From Octopus sinensis (taxonomy: Eukaryota): DNA of 6,716 bases. The first letter of the stretch is position 1. Every line of letters starts with the position of its first letter. The DNA lies in the NCBI RefSeq assembly GCF_006345805.1, contig NW_021829265.1:1-6716 (forward strand), given 5' to 3'. This document shows positions 1-6,716 of this stretch, in pieces. The translations under genes were made by a program, and so were the position numbers. The notes below the pieces were generated by a model. The model had not been told where the DNA came from. It made no database searches and saw only the letters and a list, made by a program, of their open reading frames with translations.

Positions 1-68
1 GGAACTTTGTAGGTGCAATCCCATGGTCATTCATGATCGAAAGGGGTCTTTACACTTTATATATATAC
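1..68 (+). mobile_element. Probable 3' end of an octopus-type SINE, cut by the window edge
   Basis: TAGGTGCAATCCCATGGTCATTCATGATCGAAAGGGGTCTTTAC followed by a short TTTATATATATAC tail. It resembles the 3' tail of a common Octopus interspersed repeat as I recall it; not verifiable within the window. Confidence 0.4.
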
Positions 69-726
69 TTTATCAGTTCACTCATATACTTTATTAGTTT
101 GTAAATGGGTAACCCAGTGATAGGCTCTTTCTTCATGTGTCATGTCTTCAGACGTCGATGATCATGAATCTTCATGCCAAAGTATGAACTGGCTTCCTAT
201 TTCGTTTTGTCAATTTATTTACAGTTCATTCTGTTGGCTTCTTAAGCTTAATCCTAAGAAGCTATTTAATGACTGGTTCACATGACTTCAGGTTTAGTCT
301 GCACACCGGTGGGCTTGGGTGATACATGCATAGAGACAACCCTCCTCCGATTTCTAAATGTCCTAGGCACAAGACCAGCTTCTGTTATGACACATTACTG
401 GTGCCCTTGACAGGTACTGCTACCATGAGATAGAACGTACCTGAGAGTAGAAGTGATTAAGGAGAATCTCTATACTTCCTAAAAATTCCTGAACGCCCGA
501 GTTGGAATCTCACTACCAGATGTTGTTTAATATCTTATTCGGGACACTAAATTATAATAATCTATTCTCTTGCATACAACATTACAATTTCGGGCTGAGA
601 AAGTCCTCGTAAGGCAGTTTACTCCTTCGACCATTCCATGTAAGACCATTCATGTAAGGCAAAACTAAGCACTAGCGTTAAAAGGAAGCCAAATTCTTGT
701 CAACAATACTTATGCAGTATAACAGC

Positions 727-737
727 ATATATATATA

Positions 738-780
<43 letters not shown>

Positions 781-861
781 TGTATGTGGTGTGTATGTGT
801 GTATGTATGTATGTATGTATGTAGTTATGTATATACATATATATATATAATGTATATATAT

Positions 862-910
<49 letters not shown>

Positions 911-914
911 ATAT
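727..914. repeat. Compound microsatellite (TA)n-(TG/TATG)n-(TA)n
   Basis: Directly visible TA dinucleotide runs with recurring TAAT interruptions flanking a central TG/TATG block. It explains the spurious 710..922 IYIY ORF. Confidence 0.97.
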
Positions 915-1118
915 AAAACCAACTATATCTCGACCAAATATTCTACCTGTTTATACTCAAACTGGCCTTTCACACGCCTACACCATAATGTCATTCTAAA
1001 AATATACAATTACATCTACAAAATCTCGAGGCTATGAGATAACGCAAGATGAATTCAACAACAATGTGAATAAATAAGCATTGCATTTGACAGAGTAACC
1101 TGAATACTAAAGGGTTAA
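915..1118 (+). mobile_element. Non-autonomous piggyBac-like MITE, right end intact, left terminal repeat missing
   Basis: Ends in ...TGAATACTAAAGGG|TTAA (GGG 1112-1114, TTAA 1115-1118), the CCC/GGG terminus plus TTAA target typical of piggyBac elements. The ~200-bp AT-rich non-coding body resembles an abundant Octopus MITE as I recall it. No matching TTAACCCTTTAG left end is present; the (TA)n tract occupies that position. Confidence 0.6.
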
Positions 1119-1469
1119 ACCTACTAAAAATCCTATATACGAAAAAAATAAAATGCTGGGCAGGAAATAATCTGTTGACCTTCACCTAAAACTGACGAAG
1201 TTATATTTTCGATGGAATCGATGATGTCAGCAGTTTATTTCAGTTGTCTGCGAGAGGAAGAATTGACATTGATTAGTAGAACAGTCTTCCTCATTTTTAG
1301 TAGAACAAAAAGTATCGAATAGAAATTACAATGTTCAGAATCAATTCTCTATGTTTATCTCCAACAGTCAATTTGCTTGATCGTTAGTTTGTCCTTCGGT
1401 TGTACACATACGACACGAAATCACTGACGCTGCCCACCCCACACACTACACGCACATCCTCTGTCTCTT

Positions 1470-1578
1470 TACATACATACGTACATACATACATACATAC
1501 ATACATACATACATACAAACATACATACATACATACATACATACATACATACATACATACATACATACATACATACAT
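1470..1578. repeat. (CATA)n / (TACA)n tetranucleotide microsatellite, ~27 units
   Basis: Directly visible, with two interrupted units (CGTA, CAAA). It explains the MYVC/HTYI ORFs at 1384-1658. Confidence 0.98.
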
Positions 1579-1585
1579 GCGTGAA

Positions 1586-1732
1586 TGATGTGTGTTAAGA
1601 AGTTTGTACCCAAGCTCATGATTCCGGGTTCAGTCCCACTGCATGGTACCTTGAACAAGTGTCTTCTAAGGCCTCGGGCCGACCAAAGCTTTGTGAGTGA
1701 ATTTGATCAACGGAAACTGAAATAAGCCCTTC

Positions 1733-1765
<33 letters not shown>
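1586..1765 (+). mobile_element. tRNA-derived SINE (family A), 5' part ending in (TA)14
   Basis: Degenerate A-box region TGATGTGTGTTAAG (1586-1599), B-box-like GGTTCAGTCCC (1627-1637), then TACCTTGAACAAGTGTCTTCT...GGCCGACCAAAGCTTTGTGAGTG...CGGAAACTGAAATAAGCCC and (TA)14 at 1738-1765. A diverged second copy lies on the minus strand at 2963-3048. Confidence 0.8.
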
Positions 1766-1768
<3 letters not shown>

Positions 1769-1850
1769 TCTGGGACGGCCACAAGTCGCTTTACCCATTT
1801 CTTTATTATTATTAGAAATGCGTAAAGCAACAAACATAGACACACACAGA

Positions 1851-1902
1851 GACACACACAGACACACACACACATATGTGTGTGTGTGAGTCTGTGTTTG
1901 TC
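1851..1902. repeat. Inverted (CA)n/(TG)n microsatellite palindrome
   Basis: CACACACACACAT|ATGTGTGTGTGTG is a perfect 26-bp palindrome (1863-1888), extended imperfectly by GACACACACAGA (1851-1862) and TCTGTGTTTGTC (1891-1902). Confidence 0.85.
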
Positions 1903-1947
1903 GCATACCAACATACTAAGACTACATTACCCAAGGTGTGCTAATCA

Positions 1948-2021
1948 CGCTTCCCTTTGGCCAAGACATACCAACTTATTCAAGCATGAATAAGTTGGTA
2001 TGTCTTAGCCAAAGGGAAGTG
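1948..2021. repeat. Long near-perfect inverted repeat / hairpin (35-bp stem, 4-nt loop)
   Basis: Arm 1948-1982 pairs with arm 1987-2021 at 33/35 Watson-Crick positions. Exceptions are C1962:A2007 and G1949:T2020; the loop is AGCA (1983-1986). Confidence 0.95.
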
Positions 2022-2467
2022 CAAGGTCAGAAATGTCCTTGTCCATTGGTCTACTAGATCAGGATTAAATATAGGCAAAACAAGGACAATAATGATGATA
2101 AGTTGACTACGGCTGGGACACTTTTGGTCATAAGTTAGCTTAATCATAACTAACCTAGGATTAAATAATAACATAAATTTGATGAACTCTACCGCTCATC
2201 TACAAATCTTGGGTTTTGTGTCAGTGTAAGAAGCCCTTGGTACATTTCCACACTTCACTATTCAGTTTTTAATGAATTTAAAGTTTAGAACTACTTCCCT
2301 TGCCTTTTTTGATAACAATTATTATTAAATCTGATGACGTTTCTCATCATTACGGGTATAATTTTAAATGATTTAAAAATATTTCGTGACTTGGCTACAT
2401 AAAGTACAGTAGTTTATACAGAACTGTGTTATGTGCGCTAGCCCCCTGCAGAAATAAATATGCGTAA

Positions 2468-2883
2468 GGCGGCGAGCTGGCAGAAACGTTAGCACGCCGG
2501 ACGAAATACGTAGCCGTATTTCGTCTGCCGTTACGTTCTGAGTTCAAATTCCACCGAGGACGACTTTGCCTCTCATCCTTTCGGGGTCGATTAAGTCAGT
2601 ACCAGTTACGCACTGGCGTCGATATAATCGACTTAATCCGTTTATCTGTCCTTGTTTGTCCTCTCTGTGTTTAGCCCCTTGTGGGTAGTAAAGAAATAGG
2701 TATTTCGTCTGCCGTTACGTTCTGAGTTCAAATTCCACCGAGGACGACTTTGCCTTTCATCCTTTCGGGGTCGATAAATTAAGTACCAGTTACGCACTAG
2801 GGTCGATGTAATCAACTTAATCCCTTTGTCTGTCCTTGTTTGTCCCCTCTATGTTTAGCCGTTTGTGGGCAATAAAAAATAAC
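2468..2883 (+). mobile_element. Dimeric tRNA-derived SINE (family B) with 14-bp target-site duplication
   Basis: Head GGCGGCGAGCTGGCAGAAACGTTAG (A-box-like) and B-box-like GAGTTCAAATTCC (2540-2552). A ~184-bp unit is present twice head-to-tail (2516-2699, 2700-~2882). Flanked by AAATAAATATGCGT (2452-2465) and AAATAAATACGCGT (2884-2897), 13/14 identical. The central GCCTTTCATCCTTTCGGGGTCGATAAATTAAGTACCAG resembles the Meta/MESC SINE core as I recall it. Confidence 0.92.
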
Positions 2884-2962
2884 AAATAAATACGCGTGTC
2901 AAAGCTTACTCCATTCATCACATAATACACAATCTGATTCTGTGTATTTTATTTCTCTACCA

Positions 2963-3048
2963 AGAAAATACTTGTCTCAAGGTATTTCACAATAGGGTTG
3001 AACTCATGTTCTTATGATTGTGAAGCGAACTTCTTAACCATTGGACTA
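2963..3048 (-). mobile_element. Old, decayed SINE head of family A, reverse orientation
   Basis: The reverse complement shares ordered blocks with 1594-1667: GTTAAGAAGTT, GTTCA (B-box), TACCTTGA and ACAAGT.T.TTCT. Confidence 0.7.
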
Positions 3049-3116
3049 AACCAGTGTTCTGAAGAAGGTACATAGACATATGAACACTGTACAGAAAGGC
3101 TATATTCTGCACAACA

Positions 3117-3346
3117 GCGGCGAGCTGGCAGAATCGTTAGCACGTCGGGCGAAATGCGTAACCGTATTTCGTCCGCCGTTATGTTCTGAGTTCAAATTCC
3201 GCCGAGGTCGACTTTGCCTTTCATCCTTCCGGGGTCGATTAAATAAGTACCAGTTACACACTGGGGTCGATATAATCGACTTAATCCGTTTTTCTGTCCT
3301 TGTTTGTCCCCTCTGTGTTTAGCCCCTTGTGGGTAGTAAAGAAATA
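3117..3346 (+). mobile_element. Monomeric tRNA-derived SINE (family B) with perfect 16-bp target-site duplication
   Basis: High identity to 2470-2699, with the same A/B-box head. Flanked by TATATTCTGCACAACA at 3101-3116 and 3347-3362. Confidence 0.95.
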
Positions 3347-3379
3347 TATATTCTGCACAACACATAGATCTAAGCCTCC

Positions 3380-3735
3380 TCGTCTTCATGCCGGTTTTCC
3401 GCCCCCACCGTCTTATTTTATTCATATCTGTTTCCTTCTTTTTTTTTCTCTATCTTCTTTCGATATTCCACCCCTTCGGTTTTCGTTCATTCACCCTTCT
3501 TTTACCCCCCCCACCCCCCCCCACCTCTCCAGCTTGTTTCTCCCACAACTATTTGAAATTAATGATATTCTTACGTACTTCATTTTTCTCTCACTGCCAT
3601 TATACTTTTTTCCCTCTCTCTCTCTCCATCAATTATTCTTAATCTCTTCCTCTTTTCGTTAAACAACATAATTATAAATATATCTTTATTTTCTCACCTT
3701 TTTTTTTTTCTATTTTTTTTTTTTTTTTACTTTTG
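3380..3735 (+). repeat. Pyrimidine-rich low-complexity tract with C8-A-C9, (CT)n and poly-T runs
   Basis: Strong C/T strand bias. C runs at 3505-3512 and 3514-3522, (CT)n near 3614-3625 and T runs near 3699-3728. It explains the F/L/S/P-rich ORFs. Confidence 0.85.
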
Positions 3736-3781
3736 CGTGTCTCGCTCCAAAACCCAGAGATGGGCTGTCCATCAAAACAGC

Positions 3782-3787
3782 TTTATT
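3782..3787 (-). promoter_or_regulatory. Candidate polyadenylation signal for the putative minus-strand transcript
   Basis: Minus strand reads TGTCATGA-AATAAA-GCTGTTTTGATGG, ~850 nt after the putative stop at 4635. Other AATAAA hexamers occur at 3852-3857 and 4553-4558, so this assignment is not unique. Confidence 0.2.
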
Positions 3788-4224
3788 TCATGACAGCGCT
3801 GCTGATACAAGCATAGAAACCATGCCTACTTCTCGCTAACGAAATATAAAATTTATTACATGGTGCTCTTTCTTTCTTAGTTAATTGAAAGCCGTTGCGA
3901 CTGACAGCATACAGAAGAGGAAAGGCTATTATAGTATTTATCAATCAACAATTATAAATCTATGAATTAACAAAGAAGCTTGATCGATATCCATAATAGC
4001 AAATTTATGGAAATCTCACAGACATATGTGGCAGGAGTGATGGTGAGGGGCAAGTATAAATAGCTGCTGTTCTGTCTTACGCACCTGCTCATCAGTTTTT
4101 ACACGTTACTGACACAAGGAAAAGATATTTGTTACAATGTAATTGATGTAGAGTCATCAACTGGTGGTCGAACATTTTGTTTCTATTATAGTCGTAAATA
4201 AAAAAAAAATATATCTCACACACA

Positions 4225-4320
4225 TGGGTGGTTGGGTATTGGTCGTGATAGTTGGCGGTCGTGGTAGTTGGTGTTGGAGATGTTGCAATAGTGGTGGTGG
4301 TGGTGGGTGGTGGGGGGCGA
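4225..4320. repeat. Degenerate (GGT)n/(ACC)n low-complexity tract
   Basis: GGTGGTTGGG...AGTGGTGGTGGTGGTGGGTGGTGGGGGGCG. It explains the Pro/Thr- and Gly-rich ORFs 4092..4463 and 4164..4364. Confidence 0.75.
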
Positions 4321-4634
4321 ATTTCGTCAGTTGTAAGAATAGTGGAGGTGATAGTGCTAGCTAGCATTGCGGAAGTTCTGCTTGAAAGCAGGAAGACGTT
4401 AAAGGGCATGGTCACGAACACTAAGTGATATATGGTAGGAATATGCAAATTAGAATATAACAAATGCTAGTGATTTAGAAACCGACTCATCTTTTTTGGT
4501 GTTGGGGTGTGGGGGAGGTGGTGCATGGCGGAATCGAGTTGATACGATCTCATTTATTTCCGTAATCTGTATCATAGAGCAGAGGTATGAACCCAGAACC
4601 TTGCAATCTGATTTCATTTGCACCATTTCTACTC

Positions 4635-4682
4635 TTAGCCGTCTACCGTTTCCCATGATGACCTTCTCTCAATATCGTCATC
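4635..4682 (-). CDS. Tentative terminal coding exon of an unidentified gene: DDDIERRSSWETVDG*
   Basis: Minus-strand acceptor CATGTTCTCTCATTCTCAG|G (AG = plus 4684-4683). The phase-0 reading gives 15 protein-like residues with an RRSS kinase-type motif, then TAA, followed by ~850 nt of unique UTR-like sequence with AATAAA. No homolog recognised and no upstream exon found. Confidence 0.3.
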   Translation of the reverse strand, partial: DDDIERRSSWETVDG

Positions 4683-4750
4683 CTGAGAATGAGAGAACAT
4701 GTGGATATGCAAACTGATTCAAGATCTACATGTTCTTGCATTTGGGAAAT

Positions 4751-4777
4751 ACACACACACACACACACACACACACA
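4751..4777. repeat. (AC)13 microsatellite
   Basis: Directly visible. Confidence 0.98.
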
Positions 4778-4824
4778 TGGTGATCATAGTCATGATTGCT
4801 GCAGTTTTTTTTTAAGGGGAAAGG

Positions 4825-5405
4825 TCAACGCGAACCAGTTTTCTTCTGTTCGTTTCTTGTAATCAGTGTGTGTTGCGTGGATTTTGTACCATTGGCTACA
4901 GTTGAGCGCTAACCAAAGCAATCTTTTAATAGTTCTTCCCACTGAGTCTGGGATGTCTTGCACCATTTCAGCGTGTGCCTGAGGTGATCTCTGTATCCCT
5001 TCTTTTGGTCTCCGGTAATCAGGTGTTCAGCATATAATAAATTGTTCTACTCATCGCAGCTGTGCATTGGTTATCATTCTTCAATACTGGCGCTTTTTGT
5101 TCACAGTAAAACCTCCTTGTTTGGTCACTCTGTTCTGTCACTTGCTCCATGGTATATACCATAGTCTTCTTTGATGGGAGGTTTCATGTTATCTTCTCTG
5201 TCTCTTGGATAGTTTCCCAGTTTCATCACAATAGATGAAAACAAGTATTACCGGCGTATATCGTTAGTTTGACATCGACAGAGAAATTCTTGTCAAAAAC
5301 ACACTTTCGTCGAGAATTTTAAGTCGAGTTGTTTTCATGTAGTCTGTTCTCTGTTTATTTGTCTATTGAGGTGTTTTTTGAGATGTAACTCCCTAAGTAT
5401 TCGTA
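4825..5405 (-). mobile_element. Decayed RTE-clade LINE, 3' part of the RT ORF (5'-truncated pseudogenic fragment)
   Basis: Manual minus-strand translation across frameshifts (/) and stops: YEYLGSYISKNTSIDK*TENRLHENNST*NSRRKCVFDKNFSVDVKLTIYA/VILVFIYCDETGKLSKRQRR*HETSHQRRLWYIPWSK*QNRVT/NKEVLL*TKSASIE/MITNAQLR*VEQ/LLYAEHLITGDQKKGYRDHLRHTLKWCKTSQTQWEELLKDCFG*RSTVANGTKS. This follows the RTE motif order YLGS, KL..Y...LLYG.ETW, HQR.LR.I..I.WQDRVTN.EVL, AQLRW.GH, LLYGEL, G.QKKRYKD.LK, WE.LA.DR..WR. Confidence 0.88.
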
Positions 5406-5544
5406 ACGTGCCATCACAAACAACACATAATTTCATATGCTATCAATAATACCTACATTTATTGATTATATATAATTCAATAGATGACTGCAGCTCATCC
5501 ACCACCTAACAAACCTTTCTTCTGGCTCGTAAACGGGAAAAGGC

Positions 5545-5745
5545 GGTCGAGCTCTGCTTCTACGTGGTTGTTTGATTGGTAGAAATAGCAGTTGAATCTC
5601 CCTCAAATCGCACCATACTTCTTTGAAGAAAATAAATCGTTCAACAACCTAGTTTAGGTTACACTATGTCTTAACAAAAATACTGGATGATCATGCTTGC
5701 TCATTATGGTTGACCTATGATTAAACAACAAAGCTAAATATTACA
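5545..5745 (+). mobile_element. Probable old interspersed repeat (octopus family with AAATCTCCCTCAAATC core and an AAC-rich tail)
   Basis: GTAGAAATAGCAGTTGAATCTCCCTCAAATCGCACC resembles a recalled Octopus repeat. Its tail TTGACCTATGATTAAACAACAAA (5719-5741) is similar to CTAACCTAGGATTAAATAATAAC at 2150-2172 (17/23). Confidence 0.4.
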
Positions 5746-6716
5746 TACAGACCTTGATAACAAGAATCATAGAACTGATTTCTGTTTCATTAACAATAAA
5801 CACATTTCATTAATCACCCTTTCAACTCCAAACTAAGAGTAATGCTCTTCCAACTCGGATACACCATGTTTTTTTTTTTAAACGGAAATGTACAAGCCAT
5901 GCAACACAAAGGCTACGGCAGGATTTAAACTTTAAAGCTTTGCATTTACAGTGTCTTGTTCGGAGCGATCTCAACCACAATTAAGAAAATAAAAAATTAT
6001 CACCGACTTTCGTAATTCAATTTTTCCCGACCCAAAATAACCACAACCCACGCCAGCAATTATTACACTTCAACAATCATATTTTATGAGCTATCCTTCC
6101 TTAACAAACATACCTCAGTTTGAACCCGCTAATAACTTTACTTGTCATCAGCCTCAACTAAATAACACCATGCTTCTTTTAGTATTTGTGATTTAGGTTT
6201 CAAAACACCACTCACAAACCTAGTCGCGTGCCACTCGTCATCCGCAGTCACTCTCACTTAACCCTCAAGACCATAGATCCGTGAACCGAACTAAAGTAGG
6301 AGCCACCACATCAGGTGTTCCCAGCCTGGGATGCCTTTATCCCCTGCGGTTGATTGATTAGATTTTAGGAAGTACGACACAGAGGAATAGTGTATACTTC
6401 ATTCCTTCACGTGGTGTACCCTGGTGGTCAGCTACTGTACGGGAGACAATCTCTTCTAGATCAAGTTAAAGCGGAATTAGAAGTTTGAATTTTAAATCAA
6501 AGAGTTAAGAATGCACACAGAATATATACATTTAATATTTCTTTTTTTTTTTTTTTTCATTTGACAAATTATAAAGATTTTAAAATTTCAGTTGTTGGTA
6601 GCCATGGAAAGCGCAATTTCATCCTTATTTAAAATCGCCTGCATGAATACACTAAATTAAACATTTTACGAGGCTAGACTATTCTTATAGAGAAAAAATA
6701 ATTTACACGCATTCAT

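Noticed and set aside
320-375. Minus-strand RTFRNRR/GLSL, faintly like a C2H2 zinc-finger from a non-LTR element
   Set aside because: Needs a frameshift and lacks properly spaced Cys/His; too short to support without a search.
991-1185. 64-aa minus-strand ORF
   Set aside because: Lies across the MITE body and its end; no recognisable motif.
710-1914. ORFs 710..922, 1384..1578, 1400..1588, 1446..1658, 1616..1906 and 1666..1914
   Set aside because: Translations of (TA)n, (CATA)n and (CA)n microsatellites and SINE sequence (IYIY, MYVC, HTYI, CVCV repeats).
1980-2174. 64-aa minus-strand ORF
   Set aside because: Overlaps decayed repeat tails and one hairpin arm; no protein-like features.
2468-2560. 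tRNA-like A/B boxes as a possible tRNA gene
   Set aside because: No complete cloverleaf; the boxes continue into a SINE body with TSDs and occur in several diverged copies.
2516-3346. Recurrent direct repeats and short palindromes as a possible CRISPR-like array
   Set aside because: Units are ~184-bp SINE bodies without unique spacers, in clearly eukaryotic sequence.
3080-3662. ORFs 3080..3322, 3192..3425, 3300..3662 and 3388..3642
   Set aside because: Chance open frames through the TSD-flanked SINE and the pyrimidine-rich tract.
4092-4463. 123-aa Pro/Thr-rich, mucin-like ORF and the antisense Gly-rich ORF
   Set aside because: Composition is explained by degenerate (ACC)n repeats. It runs through a T-run giving FFF, and no splice or domain support was seen.
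4450-4717. ORFs 4450..4656 (-) and 4496..4717 (+)
   Set aside because: No recognisable homology. The splice-acceptor-defined frame ending at 4635 is a more coherent, though still tentative, reading.
6220-6475. GC-richer unique segment with short open frames on both strands (minus LDLEEIVSRTVADHQGTPREGMK; plus EVRHRGIVYTSF...QLLYGRQSLLDQ), acceptor-like sites and a small hairpin near 6313-6336
   Set aside because: Donor sites are weak (GTACAC, GTAGCT, GTATAC), most are phase-incompatible with the 4682 exon, and frames close quickly. It could be an unrecognised TE fragment.

Overview
AT-rich, repeat-dense eukaryotic (animal) genomic DNA. The SINE families and microsatellite density look like Octopus/coleoid cephalopod; this is recalled, not database-checked. 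No complete gene is present and none of the supplied ORFs looks real: most are translated microsatellites, SINEs or low-complexity tracts. Supported content: (i) a cluster of tRNA-derived SINEs, two with clear target-site duplications (a dimeric copy at 2468-2883 and a monomer at 3117-3346), plus older copies of a second family on both strands; (ii) a decayed RTE-clade LINE reverse-transcriptase 3' fragment on the minus strand (4825-5405), missed by the ORF track; (iii) the right part of a TTAA-ending piggyBac-type MITE; (iv) several microsatellites; (v) a near-perfect 35-bp-stem hairpin (1948-2021); (vi) a tentative minus-strand terminal exon (DDDIERRSSWETVDG*) followed by 3'UTR-like sequence. 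I see no evidence for a new multi-gene system. The most interesting signals are the long hairpin, the mosaic divergence inside the SINE dimer and the possible hidden last exon.
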